Below, one piece after another: positions 9,902 through 22,273 of a stretch of 64,000 bases of DNA (within the stretch, counting starts at the first letter, position 1; every line of letters starts with the position of its first letter). Origin of the DNA: Polyangiaceae bacterium. Lineage in GTDB: Bacteria > Myxococcota_A > Polyangia > Polyangiales > Polyangiaceae. The notes under the pieces are model-generated. The model did not search any database. It saw only the letters and a list, made by a program, of their open reading frames with translations, and was not told where the DNA came from. A program made the position numbers and the translations under genes. The DNA is taken from NCBI GenBank assembly GCA_965222375.1, contig CBDCTZ010000016.1:2400001-2464000 (forward strand), given 5' to 3'.

Positions 9902-10368
9902 CGGCTAGACTCCGCATACACATCGAGCTGTGCGAAACGCGCCTGCTCGAGGCGGCGGTGCGCTTCGAGCAAGAGGCCGTAGACCATCGCGAATCCGAAG
10001 CTGTGATCTGCCGTCAGTTTGTTACGCAGGCAATCGCCGTCAATGGCGAAGGCCAGGGTTGGCTCCAATGCGCGCACGTCGATGTTCCAGGTTTGTGTCG
10101 GAAGGACGACGCTCCAGCCGAGAACCTCGCCTTTCTGGAGGGTCTCGATAGGAACGGCGCCTCGACTCGGGATGTGGATTTCGACGCTGGCCTTGCCACT
10201 GCGAATCAAATAGAGCGTGTTGGCGGGTTGATGCTCCCGAGCCATGTAATCGCCTGCGGCGAAGCGCACGTTCTTGGTGCAGCCGGCGAGGAACGCCACA
10301 TGGGGTGCGTCGAGCTTGGCAGCGAAGGGATGCTGCTGCAGGGAGCGTCGTAGGTCTTCGGTTTCCAT
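9898..10368 (-). CDS. Stand-alone cyclic-nucleotide-binding (Crp-type) domain protein
   Basis: FAAGDYMAREHQPANTLYLIRSGKASV...GEVLGWS; no HTH; lies inside the hydrogenase operon. Confidence 0.85.
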   Translation of the reverse strand: METEDLRRSLQQHPFAAKLDAPHVAFLAGCTKNVRFAAGDYMAREHQPANTLYLIRSGKASVEIHIPSRGAVPIETLQKGEVLGWSVVLPTQTWNIDVRALEPTLAFAIDGDCLRNKLTADHSFGFAMVYGLLLEAHRRLEQARFAQLDVYAESSR

Positions 10369-10369
10369 C

Positions 10370-11509
10370 TTAGCCCTCCGTCCCGGTTGCGGGGTCGCGC
10401 AGCGCGCGTACCTCCTCAGTGATGTCGATGCCCACCGGGCACCAAGTGATGCAGCGCCCGCAGCCCACACAACCCGACCGCCCGAATTGGTCGTGCCAAG
10501 TTGCTAGCTTGTGGGTGAGCCACTGACGGTAGCGGGCACTCGTGCCTGCCCGCACAGCTCCACCGTGCAAATAGGTGATGCTCTCCGTGAAGCAGGAGTC
10601 CCACTTGCGCACGCGCGCCGACACGTCGCCACTCAGGTCAGTGCTGTCCTCGGTGCTGGTGCAGAAACACGTCGGACACACGTCTGTGCAGTTACTGCAA
10701 GAAAGACAACGCGTTGCAATTTCGTCCCACTGCTTGTGCTCCAGGTTGGCGAGCAACAGCTCGGGCAGCTTCGTGGTGTTCATATGGCGCGTGATGCTTG
10801 CGGCGGTCTCGTCGCGCCGGGCGAGTGCGATGTCGCTGTCCGAGGCGGGGCTCAGTTCGAGGGCGTCGGCGACGTCTTGGCCACGTCGAGATTTGATTTC
10901 GACCACGAAGCGGTGCCCTTCCGCGTCTAGCAGCTCCGTGAGGCATAGATCGAAGCCTCGGGTCGCCTGGGGGCCCGTGCCCATGGAGGTGCAGAAGCAA
11001 GAGCCCGACGCTACGGAGCAATTGACGGCAACGATGAACGCGTTCTTGCGCCGAGCGACGTAGTGCGGATCTGCGCCAATGCCGCTGCCCAGCACGGCGT
11101 CTTGAGTCTCGATTGCCGCGAGGTCACAACTCCGGGCGCCGATGATGGCGAGGGGTGTTTCCGCAATTGGCTCGGGCACGAAACGCAGCCGGCCCTCTTC
11201 TTGTCGCGCGGTGAACAGGCGCTGGACAGGCACGTGGAAGAACTGTCGCCAGGAGTGGGGGCCAACCGCATAACCGAACAGCCGGTCATCGTCCCGCCGA
11301 GCGAGGCGGTACTTGCCGGGCTCCTGAGTGTCGGTCCAGCCCCCGGGCAGGTCGGCGTCACAGCGGATTTCGCCGTAAGCGATGGCGCTCTCGCGCAGCG
11401 TGGGCCCGAGCATCCGGAAGCCTCGCTCCTGCAAGTGCGCGATCAACAGGCGCAACCCGGCTCGGGACAGAATCCGCGCCGGCGAGCTGACTGGCTCGAC
11501 ATCCGACAT
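10370..11509 (-). CDS. Sulfhydrogenase beta-type 4Fe-4S subunit
   Basis: [53 protein letters not shown]. Confidence 0.92.
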   Translation of the reverse strand: MSDVEPVSSPARILSRAGLRLLIAHLQERGFRMLGPTLRESAIAYGEIRCDADLPGGWTDTQEPGKYRLARRDDDRLFGYAVGPHSWRQFFHVPVQRLFTARQEEGRLRFVPEPIAETPLAIIGARSCDLAAIETQDAVLGSGIGADPHYVARRKNAFIVAVNCSVASGSCFCTSMGTGPQATRGFDLCLTELLDAEGHRFVVEIKSRRGQDVADALELSPASDSDIALARRDETAASITRHMNTTKLPELLLANLEHKQWDEIATRCLSCSNCTDVCPTCFCTSTEDSTDLSGDVSARVRKWDSCFTESITYLHGGAVRAGTSARYRQWLTHKLATWHDQFGRSGCVGCGRCITWCPVGIDITEEVRALRDPATGTEG

Positions 11510-11746
11510 CGGGGCCAAGCTCTGCAGGAACCGAACCACGTGGGGTCGTGGCGGGCTGGAGGCAGCCCGGTGCGGCTAACCTCGTCTCAACCCGCCCGTC
11601 CGTGGCGCAATCCTTGCGGAAGCCTCCCCTCGGTGCGCACAGCTGGCGCAACGAAACCGCAGCTATTCCCTCGCGCCGTGGCACAGAGGCGGGAGCATTC
11701 GCGGTTTGAGTTGACCTTGCCGAGGACACAGCCCAACGTGCCCGGC

Positions 11747-12019
11747 ATGTCGCAGAAAACACGGAGCTTGGCTCGGGCCATTGTGGTGACGCTTTCCGCA
11801 ACAGCGGCGATGCCGGCGTGCGGTGGCGCGAACGAGAATCAACCGCCTGTGCACGGCAATCCCCCGCCCCCGCCGCCGTCGCCCGAAGAGCCGCCCGGCG
11901 AGCCCTTGGACCCGACGGGGCCCGAGGGGCCGGCCGAACAGCCCATCACCACGAATCCACCCGGGCCAGATGGTGAGCCCGGGATCGGAGACGGCGCGGG
12001 GCCTCCTCCCGAGAACTAG
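11747..12019 (+). CDS. Small Pro-rich lipoprotein with NPP repeats
   Basis: MSQKTRSLARAIVVTLSATAAMPAC signal/lipobox; PVHGNPPP and PITTNPPGP. Confidence 0.6.
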   Translation: MSQKTRSLARAIVVTLSATAAMPACGGANENQPPVHGNPPPPPPSPEEPPGEPLDPTGPEGPAEQPITTNPPGPDGEPGIGDGAGPPPEN

Positions 12020-12042
12020 TCGCGGGGGACGGCTGCTCGAAC

Positions 12043-12630
12043 TCACACCGTCCACTCGAGCAACAGATCGACGTCGCAGAAGGAGCGCACGTGGATGCGG
12101 GTGGTGCCGCCGGTTTCAAATTCCCTCATCGCGCCTTCGAAAACGCCAATGTGGTATGCGTCCGGGAAGCTCCACAGATCGCGAAGCTTCACGACGGCGC
12201 AGCGCTCGCCCTGCCATTCGACGGACACTCTGGCACCGCCCACGGTGGCATAGGCTCGCGGTGCGAAATCCAGCACGGACGTCCAGCTCAGGTTCGTCAT
12301 CGCTAGCAACACTTTGCCTGGCACCGTTTCGGCGAAGGTTGGGTAGGCGCTGATGCCAAGTCGCCGCAACCCTTCGCGCTCAGTGACGTTGGGAAAGGCG
12401 TGTCGGGCGCAATCGAGAAACACTTCCAATACCTCGGACGCTGGATAGTCGCTGAAGGCTGTGTAGCGCTTCTTCACCGAGAAACCGCCGCGCTGTTTCG
12501 CTTGCCGCAGGGCGCGGAGCAGAAACATGCCCTTGATCGTGACGTCTTTGGGCACTGCGGCGAGCCGCGCGTTCATTTCCAGGGGCGCGTTCCAATCCAG
12601 CGCAACGAAGTCTTCCCGCGAGAACGTCAT
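12043..12630 (-). CDS. DUF2378 / TIGR02265-like myxobacterial protein
   Basis: TIKGMFL, RYTAFSDYP, EGLRRLG, FAETVPGKV, YHIGVFEG pattern. Confidence 0.78.
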   Translation of the reverse strand: MTFSREDFVALDWNAPLEMNARLAAVPKDVTIKGMFLLRALRQAKQRGGFSVKKRYTAFSDYPASEVLEVFLDCARHAFPNVTEREGLRRLGISAYPTFAETVPGKVLLAMTNLSWTSVLDFAPRAYATVGGARVSVEWQGERCAVVKLRDLWSFPDAYHIGVFEGAMREFETGGTTRIHVRSFCDVDLLLEWTV

Positions 12631-12705
12631 CCAACCACAGGGTCAGCGTAGTTCTGCCATCCGGGGGCAGCAAGGTCCCCGACGTTGAGTGCCTTGTTGT
12701 GTCGC

Positions 12706-13074
12706 TCAAGCGCTCGAATCGAGCATTTCGTTGATTTCGTCCAAACAGCTACGAATGTCGAGGGTGCGCTTGTTGTAGATCTTGAGTACGTCGAGCTCGT
12801 GCAGCCGGCGGCGATTCCCGGCGTCGTCGAAGAACGTGGACAGGAACACGATGGGTAGTCTGAAGCCGCCCTCGCGCACGTCGGAGATGAAATGAACCCC
12901 GTTGCCATCGGGCAAGAGGCCATCTGTGATGATGAGCGAAACCGGGTGCTTGGCCAAGTGTTGTTTGGCAGCTTTGAGGGTGCGGCACTGCATGACATTG
13001 TGTCCGAACTTGGCGAGGCCAAGCTTGACCAAGGCTGCAAAGTCGTCGTCATCTTCAACCAGCAACACGTTCAT
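12706..13074 (-). CDS. Single-domain response regulator (receiver)
   Basis: MNVLLVEDD, IITDGLLPDGNG (phospho-Asp), PIVFLS, YNK. Confidence 0.85.
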   Translation of the reverse strand: MNVLLVEDDDDFAALVKLGLAKFGHNVMQCRTLKAAKQHLAKHPVSLIITDGLLPDGNGVHFISDVREGGFRLPIVFLSTFFDDAGNRRRLHELDVLKIYNKRTLDIRSCLDEINEMLDSSA

Positions 13075-13335
13075 GGATGAGTTCCGCGAGTTCGGGAATT
13101 CAGCCCTAGCGTACACACACTTGGACTCAGCAGTGTCCGGATCGCACCGTCGGGTCGATCCATAGCGTGACAAGCGTCACATCCCTGCGAAAGTCACGTC
13201 GCGCGGCTTGGCGGCATCGAGCAATACCCCACGGCATAGAGGGTGGGCCCGTTAGTTCCCTTACGCTTCAGGGTGTTTTCGCGCAACTGTTGAGGTGGTT
13301 TTGCGTGGCACGCGCCATGCTTTGGCGTGCGCCTC

Positions 13336-14808
13336 ATGAAGCCTCGAATCCCGTTTCGCTCCGTCCTCCCTGCGCTTTTCCTGGCTCTGGCATCTGCGGG
13401 TTGTGGTTCTTCCGACGATCCGAGCGCAGAAACTGCTGGTGGCGCGGGTCAAGGTGGCTTCGCCGGCGTCGGGGGCGCGGGGGGCGCAGGAGGCATGGCG
13501 GGTGCGGGCTCGCCGACTGTGGGATTCGTGGTTGCGACGAAAACTGGCGACGAAGTTGTGACGCGGGTGTTTTGGGGAGACCCATACCGCGTGGTCGTGC
13601 GAGGACTGCCAGCGGGAGTGGCGGTACGGCTCATCGCGCGCGCGGACATCGTCGACAGCGAGTACGTCTCGGAGGCGGCGTATCACGCAGATTCGAGCGG
13701 CGTGGTGGATGTTGGCGTCGCCGCCGCAACCAACGGTAGCTACCAAGGCGTTGATGCGGATGGCCTGATCTGGTCTATGACAGCCGCCCCCGCGGCGGAC
13801 AACAAGCTGCCCTTCAATCAGCTTCGAGTGATCGCAGAAGTCGACGGTACGGAAGTTGGTCGAGGCCAGCTGGAGCGCTTTTACCTTGCTGACGGAGTCA
13901 AAGAAACTCCCGTGTCCGAAGGCGGCCTGCTTGGCGCTTTCTTCATGCCGCCCCACCAGGCTGGCGAGAAGCTACCTGTGATCATTGCTTTCGGGGGTTC
14001 CGAAGGCGGGTTGAACAGCGGACGTTTCACCGCGATGTACTACGCGGCACTGGGTTACGCGACGCTAGGCGTAGCCTACTTTGGCGCACCGGGCTTGCCG
14101 TCCACACTCGCCAGCGTGCCGCTGGAGTACTTCGAGACCGCGCACCAATGGCTCGCCAAGCGGCCCGGGGTCGATGCAAATCGCGTGGGTGTTACTGGAG
14201 GCTCACGGGGTGGCGAGCTCGCGCTCTTGCTCGCCGCGACGTTCCCTTGGGTCAAGGCTGCCGTTTCCGAACTGACGAGTGGCGTGGTGTGGGGCGCCCT
14301 CAGTGGCAGCGGCCCAGCGTGGACCTACCAGAATGTGGGGCTGCCCGACATGCCGAGTGCCCTGGTGCAACCCACGACGAGTGTGGACTCAGATGGCATG
14401 ACGCTGCTGCACTATCGCCCAACCTTCGAGGCGTCGATGAAACTCGCGACCCCGGCCCAGCTGGATGCGGCGACTATCAAGGTCGAAAACGCTCAAGGAC
14501 CCATCTTGATGATCGGCGGCTCCGACGACCAGCTCTGGCCTGCCTGCGACCTGGCGCAGCCGGCTTGGCAGCGCCTGGTGTCTTCAGGGCATAGCAAGCA
14601 GTACGCCGACGAGCTGCTTTGCCTTCAAGACGCTGGGCATAGTGACCTGCGGCCAGGGTCGCCCACGGTCGGTGGGCATCGCGCGTATCACTCTGGGCTG
14701 AAGCAGTGGCTCGCCCTTGGCGGCACGCCGGAAGGGGTGGGCAGGGGCCAGCGCCTTGCGGACACCAAGACGCGAGCCTTCTTCGCCAGCGCGCTCGGCA
14801 ACAAGTGA
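13336..14808 (+). CDS. Lipoprotein acyl-CoA thioesterase / BAAT-family alpha/beta hydrolase
   Basis: Lipobox ASAGC; BAAT N-terminal Y.AD..G.VD...GSY.GVDADGL.WSM; GGSEGG; GGSRGGE nucleophile; DQLW; AGH. Confidence 0.85.
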   Translation: MKPRIPFRSVLPALFLALASAGCGSSDDPSAETAGGAGQGGFAGVGGAGGAGGMAGAGSPTVGFVVATKTGDEVVTRVFWGDPYRVVVRGLPAGVAVRLIARADIVDSEYVSEAAYHADSSGVVDVGVAAATNGSYQGVDADGLIWSMTAAPAADNKLPFNQLRVIAEVDGTEVGRGQLERFYLADGVKETPVSEGGLLGAFFMPPHQAGEKLPVIIAFGGSEGGLNSGRFTAMYYAALGYATLGVAYFGAPGLPSTLASVPLEYFETAHQWLAKRPGVDANRVGVTGGSRGGELALLLAATFPWVKAAVSELTSGVVWGALSGSGPAWTYQNVGLPDMPSALVQPTTSVDSDGMTLLHYRPTFEASMKLATPAQLDAATIKVENAQGPILMIGGSDDQLWPACDLAQPAWQRLVSSGHSKQYADELLCLQDAGHSDLRPGSPTVGGHRAYHSGLKQWLALGGTPEGVGRGQRLADTKTRAFFASALGNK

Positions 14809-14956
14809 GCGCTCCGGCCCGAACCGTCCTCAACTAGCTGTTTCGCACCCCCGCGCCCGAGGCAAGTGCCTGGTTTTTCGGGGAAAGGGGCCAAGGCTGG
14901 TGGTCTGGGGCCAATGGGCGTAAATGAGCGCCCGACAAAAACTACCCATGGAGTAG

Positions 14957-17200
<2,244 letters not shown>

Positions 17201-17226
17201 GCAACCACCACGCGGCTGTCGCCGCC

Positions 17227-17874
17227 CTACCAACTGTCGCAGTCGAGGCATACGCTGGGTCGTGCGGCGTCGGCACGGGTGAGCGCCGCGTCGAAGCGAT
17301 CCGGGAAATCGGGATCTCCATCCATGCGCCGGATAAGCACCTCTCGGTACGCCTCGAGCTGAGCCGTGAAGAAGTCCTGCTGCTCCTTGACCACCCTCTC
17401 GTAGGCCTTGGCTTGCGGAGACGAGCCGCGACACGCAGGTGTGAGCTCGGATACACCATGGGACGTGGTCGAATACCATTGGGCCAAGAGCTCGATGACT
17501 GCGTCGGATTGGCAGAACTGAAGGTTGCAGCGCAACAGGTTGGTGACCAGCGTCGCGGTTCGGAATTGAAGTCGAGCGACGGACTTCTTCAAGTGCTCGT
17601 ACATGCGGCGGGCCTCCTCGGAAGCGTCCGCCGGGATTTCGATGGGTGGTGGTGCGGAGGCGTCGGTGGGTGGGTTGCGTTTCGGCGGCCTGGCGGGATC
17701 CGACTCGGGCTGTCCGACCACGGGTTGGACCTTGACCACGCTGGCGTCCTTGCTAGTCGGGGTGCCGCCCCCACACGCGCTTGCCGCCACGGCGGCGCTC
17801 AAGAACAGCGCTCGACGCCGTAGCACGACGCGACGATCGTATTCTTGTTGATTGGTTGTTGGGGGTCGCGCCAC
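17227..17874 (-). CDS. Putative (Tat-like) lipoprotein ending in a PSVCL motif
   Basis: GTG after GGGAG; VVLRRRALFLSAAVAASAC; helical body; C-terminal RPSVCLDCDSW. Confidence 0.6.
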   Translation of the reverse strand: MARPPTTNQQEYDRRVVLRRRALFLSAAVAASACGGGTPTSKDASVVKVQPVVGQPESDPARPPKRNPPTDASAPPPIEIPADASEEARRMYEHLKKSVARLQFRTATLVTNLLRCNLQFCQSDAVIELLAQWYSTTSHGVSELTPACRGSSPQAKAYERVVKEQQDFFTAQLEAYREVLIRRMDGDPDFPDRFDAALTRADAARPSVCLDCDSW

Positions 17875-17968
17875 TGCTTCTCCCTGGCTCCCTAATCTCG
17901 CCCGGGTGCCCGAAGGCGAGATTAGCGCACCTGGGTGAATAGGCCCACGACCCCTAACCAAACCGGAC

Positions 17969-19039
17969 TCAGAATTTGACCGGGATGTCGATCTGGAAGA
18001 TGTGATGAGAATCCATCGTCTCGGTGACCGGACCATCCAAGTGGCGGGCGTAGGCGATGCCGGGACTGATGCCCATGCCGCCGCCCAGTTTGAAGTGGAA
18101 GCGGGGTCCAATCGCCACGGTGGTGTCGTCACGGGCGCCGGTGTCCGGTCCGCCGGACGCTTCGTCTGCTTCCACGAAGCTAGGTGTGGAGAGCCAGCGC
18201 TGATGGCGCAGCTCTGCGCTGATCGCGAGCATGGGAATCACGAAGTAGCCCACGTGAATGCCGCTGGTGAAGTTGGTCTTGGAGCTGTCCTCCTGTACGT
18301 CGTCGCCTTTGACTCGAGTCAGCTGAAGCACCGTGACTTCACCTTGCACCGTCAGGTTGTCCGCGACGTAGGCCACGCCGAAACCAGGGAAGACGGTCAG
18401 GTCGTTGACCGCGAACATGGCGTTGTCCATCGAGCTACGCACCCGAATGCCGGTACGCAGGGCGGCGGACTTGGCGGCGTCGGGATCATTGCCCCCGTTG
18501 GAGCCCAAGGGCAGGGCAACGCCGAGGAACGCCGCGATTCGGATCGGGCCTCCCAGTTTGGGAGCCCAGGTGACGCCCAAGGCGGGGTTCATGAACGCTC
18601 CGGCGCTTTCGCCGGGATCCGGCGGCGAGTTGTTGACGTAGCCAACGCGAATCAGCGGGCCAATCTCGGGGGTGAGTTTGTATGCAAAGAGCAGAGTCGT
18701 CGCGATGGCGTTGCCGCTCTCGTCGCCGCCCTTGGGCTTGTAGAGCATGACCGCCGTGTCCGAGCGCAGCACCGTGGCCACGCCGGTGGGTCGGAGCTGC
18801 CAGGGCAGGGAGTACTTGGCCTTGGGCTTCGCGGCGGCCGCGCCTTCGTCCGCGGCACCTCCGCCAGCAGCGGCATCTCCGCCAGCTGAGACATCTGCGC
18901 CAGCTGAGGCATTTCCGGTATCCGACCCTTCCTCCATGCCCATGTCGGATGCGGTCGTGTCGGGGTCGGCATCTCCCTGCGCATGGGCGAAACCGGCGAA
19001 AGTAGTTGTGGCGAGTGCAATTGCGAAAGCAGCTTTCAT
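17969..19039 (-). CDS. Putative outer-membrane beta-barrel protein
   Basis: Sec signal (AHA), acidic linker, amphipathic beta strands, C-terminal QIDIPVKF; RBS AGGAG. Confidence 0.7.
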   Translation of the reverse strand: MKAAFAIALATTTFAGFAHAQGDADPDTTASDMGMEEGSDTGNASAGADVSAGGDAAAGGGAADEGAAAAKPKAKYSLPWQLRPTGVATVLRSDTAVMLYKPKGGDESGNAIATTLLFAYKLTPEIGPLIRVGYVNNSPPDPGESAGAFMNPALGVTWAPKLGGPIRIAAFLGVALPLGSNGGNDPDAAKSAALRTGIRVRSSMDNAMFAVNDLTVFPGFGVAYVADNLTVQGEVTVLQLTRVKGDDVQEDSSKTNFTSGIHVGYFVIPMLAISAELRHQRWLSTPSFVEADEASGGPDTGARDDTTVAIGPRFHFKLGGGMGISPGIAYARHLDGPVTETMDSHHIFQIDIPVKF

Positions 19040-19262
19040 GGATCACTCCTAATTGGGACGCCGTGCCCCCACGACGTTTTGTCCGGAATGTACACAGGAA
19101 AGACGCCTCGCCCCATGACAAGCCTCAGCTGGTTTTGTGCGTGAATCCGAGGGGTTTCAGCGTTTCGCGCGAGTCTTGCGGCTGGCTCCCAAGAGGCGTT
19201 GTCAAGGCCGCAGAGCTTGCGCGAACGAGTGCAGTCCGCGCAAATGCGCCGTAGAATGGGAA

Positions 19263-20954
19263 GTGGTGCGGTTAGCGACCCGATTGCTTTCAGTTGCTGC
19301 GGCAAGCTTGGTGTTGGGTGCACTGTTTCGGTGCGCTCCTGAGGAGTTCGCCTACGGCCCTAGCGGCGGGGACGTAGATGGTGGGGCAGGCGCGGACGGC
19401 AGCGGGACCGGCGGCTCGACCTTCGATGCTGCAGGCTGGATCGAGGTATGCGGCAACGGCGTTGACGACGACGACAATGGCCTGACCGACTGTGAAGACC
19501 CGGTCTGCAACGAATACGCCTGTGTGCCAGCTGCTCCTACGGGCTGGGCCGGGCCGATGGCGGTTTTTGCGGCTACGCCCACGATGCTGCCAGAATGCCC
19601 CGAGGGGCTCGACAAGATATCGGATCATCTACGGGACCCGCGCTTCGACCGCGCGCAATGTGAAAGCTGCGGTTGTGGCTCGCCGAGCAATCAGGGCTGC
19701 GCGGCCAGCGTCAAACTATCGACGTCGGGAAGCTGCAGCAGCACCAACGCCACCGTGCAGGTCAGCGGCGGCGGCTGCGTGAAGGGCGGGCTCAGTGGCG
19801 CGGTCACTGCCGCGGACGTGAGCATCAATGGAACCGGGAGCTGTAGCGTCACGAAGAAGACGTCAGCCACTACGACGCCCTCAACCTGGGCGACCGCATT
19901 CCGTGCATGTGAAGCCCCGAATCCGGGGGTCGGCGTCGGCTGCGACTCCGGAAGTGTGTGCGCTCCTGCGGCTGCGGGCGCCGAGCCGTGCATCTTGCAG
20001 GCCGGGGAGCACGCCTGCCCCGCGGAGTTTCCGAGTCGGCGGCTGGTGTTCGACAACCTGAGCGACACCCGAGGCTGCAGCAGCTGCCAATGCGGCTACT
20101 CGGGCTCGTGCACGGCCACGGTCACGGGCTTCCCCGACGAATCCTGCCTCGCCCCTCAGAGCTTTCAGAACAAGGGCGGCTGCGCCACGGGACTCACGGA
20201 CGTAAAGGGGCTCCAGCTGTCCGGCGCAGCCGGTCCGACGGGTGGCAAATGCACCGCCAGCGGCGGCTCTCCCACGGGCTGCGTTCTGCCCGAAACACCC
20301 ACCACCATGTGCTGTGCCGGCACCGGCGCCAAGTGTCCTTCGGGTAAAGGACCCGAGATGATCGAGGTGCCCAAAGTTGGCGGTGGGACGTACTGCATCG
20401 ATTCCACCGAAGTCACCAATAGCCAATACGACGCGTTCCTCAAGACCAGCCCGGCAGTGCCGAACATTCCGGAATGCGCTTTCAAGACCGACCTCACTCC
20501 CGGGACGAGTTGGCCGGATCCCGACCTAGACGAAGCTGTGAACTTCCTGGATTGGTGCGATGCCTACGCGTTCTGTGCCTGGGCGGGCAAGCGCTTGTGC
20601 GGCGATGTCGGGGGTGGCGCGTCGCCGTTCGCCAGCGCGAACACGCCGGACAGCCAATGGCACAACGCCTGCAGCGCGGGTGGCACTCAGGATTTCCCGT
20701 ACGGGACGGATACCGTGTCTGGCGCGTGCTCTACCAGTCTGAGCGACACGAGGGAGTTTCCGTGTTGCCAAGGTGGCTACTCGGGGATCTACGACATGAC
20801 CGGCTACCTTCGGGAATGGGTCGATGCGTGTAGTGGCACGGCGGGTAAGGGCGACGACTGCCGGGTCATGGGCAAGACGAACTGCCAATCGGGGGATGCA
20901 GTCAAACGCAATCGGCGCGCAGGTAACATCGGGTTTCGCTGCTGCGCGCCCTGA
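19263..20954 (+). CDS. Cys-rich lipoprotein with C-terminal FGE-sulfatase (SUMF1/EgtB-like) domain
   Basis: EVCGNGVDDDDNGLTDCED repeat; YCIDSTEVTNSQY, DWCDAYAFCAWAGKRL, YDMTG..EWV, IGFRCC. Confidence 0.82.
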   Translation: MVRLATRLLSVAAASLVLGALFRCAPEEFAYGPSGGDVDGGAGADGSGTGGSTFDAAGWIEVCGNGVDDDDNGLTDCEDPVCNEYACVPAAPTGWAGPMAVFAATPTMLPECPEGLDKISDHLRDPRFDRAQCESCGCGSPSNQGCAASVKLSTSGSCSSTNATVQVSGGGCVKGGLSGAVTAADVSINGTGSCSVTKKTSATTTPSTWATAFRACEAPNPGVGVGCDSGSVCAPAAAGAEPCILQAGEHACPAEFPSRRLVFDNLSDTRGCSSCQCGYSGSCTATVTGFPDESCLAPQSFQNKGGCATGLTDVKGLQLSGAAGPTGGKCTASGGSPTGCVLPETPTTMCCAGTGAKCPSGKGPEMIEVPKVGGGTYCIDSTEVTNSQYDAFLKTSPAVPNIPECAFKTDLTPGTSWPDPDLDEAVNFLDWCDAYAFCAWAGKRLCGDVGGGASPFASANTPDSQWHNACSAGGTQDFPYGTDTVSGACSTSLSDTREFPCCQGGYSGIYDMTGYLREWVDACSGTAGKGDDCRVMGKTNCQSGDAVKRNRRAGNIGFRCCAP

Positions 20955-20957
20955 GCC

Positions 20958-22115
20958 TCAGTTGCAGCTGCCGTCGGGTTTCATCACGCGCACGTGAAAG
21001 TGGCCGGTGTGACCGCTCACGGTGCGCATGAACTTTCCCTTCCACGGCTGGTGGGAGAACTTGGACGCGAAGTAGGCGTTGATGATGGGTTGCACATCTT
21101 CGTCGTTGTTGAGGATCCCGCACACCTTGCCGGTGTCGACGAAGAGCTTGGCTAGATCAATCTTGGGCTGATTGTCGGTGCATGCGACTTGAGTCGCGCA
21201 ACCGGCAGTGACGTCCGCGTGAGTGCCGTCGTCATGGGTCGCGTGGTTCACCGTGCTGCACGAGCCTTCGTTCAAGTCCCGGTAGTTGATCGGCGAGAGG
21301 GACGGACGGATCTGCTGCCAACGAACGGCAACCGTGTAGAGCACGTCAATGAGCAGCTTGGTGCCCCGAGAGCAATCGTCGTCTTTCCGGGTGTACAGTC
21401 CGGCTGGGTCCGAGGGAGGCAGCAAGTGGAAACCGCCGACGACGTTGTTTGGATCGAAGTTGGGCGGGCTGAGCAGGGAGCCCGTGGGCGGAGTGCAGTC
21501 GGCGAAGTTCGTGAGAGTGTAGTCCGCGTCTGCCGGCAGATCTGGAACGAAGCCGTTGTCGATGGCGTCCCAACCGGTCAAAAAGACGGACAGCTGGCGG
21601 TCGGACTGCGCCGTGATCTGAACTGCCGCGGTGTCGGAGTTGCGGCCGCTGCTGACGCCTTGAACCGAAAGCGCTGCGGTCGAAAGGGAGAGCTCGCCAT
21701 CATGAATCGTGGCGCCTTGCTCGTCGTGCAGGACCAGCGCCGGGCTCCAGCTGCCGGCGGTGCGCGTGGCAGTCAGCTCCAACGCCACATTTGCAGGCGC
21801 AGACAACGCGTACTCATGCACATTGTACAGACCGGTTCCGAAGTTTTCGTTGATCGTTGCCGTGCCACAAGCGCTGGAAAGCGTGGGTGCTTGCCAGCAT
21901 CTGCCGCTATCGCAGGGCACGACCGTTTTGGGTGGGGCGTGCGGTGCGTCTGGGAACGTACCAGAGTCGGGAACGCCGACCGTCGCGTCGTTGCCCGCAT
22001 CAGCGGGGGCGGCGTCCGTCCCAGTCGATGCCTCCTCTGCGTCGCTAGAGCAACCCGCCAACAACCCAAAGCTGACGAGAGCTGGCCAGAGCACTGCTGC
22101 AGTCGATCGCGTCAT
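20958..22115 (-). CDS. Lipoprotein with C-terminal MepA-like (LAS-type) Zn peptidase domain
   Basis: Lipobox LLAGC; HATHDDGTHADV (H-x6-D) and GHTGHFHVRV (HxH) resemble MepA/M74 Zn ligands. Confidence 0.62.
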   Translation of the reverse strand: MTRSTAAVLWPALVSFGLLAGCSSDAEEASTGTDAAPADAGNDATVGVPDSGTFPDAPHAPPKTVVPCDSGRCWQAPTLSSACGTATINENFGTGLYNVHEYALSAPANVALELTATRTAGSWSPALVLHDEQGATIHDGELSLSTAALSVQGVSSGRNSDTAAVQITAQSDRQLSVFLTGWDAIDNGFVPDLPADADYTLTNFADCTPPTGSLLSPPNFDPNNVVGGFHLLPPSDPAGLYTRKDDDCSRGTKLLIDVLYTVAVRWQQIRPSLSPINYRDLNEGSCSTVNHATHDDGTHADVTAGCATQVACTDNQPKIDLAKLFVDTGKVCGILNNDEDVQPIINAYFASKFSHQPWKGKFMRTVSGHTGHFHVRVMKPDGSCN

Positions 22116-22273
22116 GAGTCTCGCGCCACAGCCCCTAGGTGGCCAATCACCCTAGCATGCGCCAGGGGCTGAGCCCGCCGGAGATGTTTCGAAATTTCGG
22201 CGCGACCGCGTAGTCGGCGGCGTCTAGTGCAGGGAGTTTGAAGTGCTAACCGCTCATGCGCTAGGCTCCTCAC

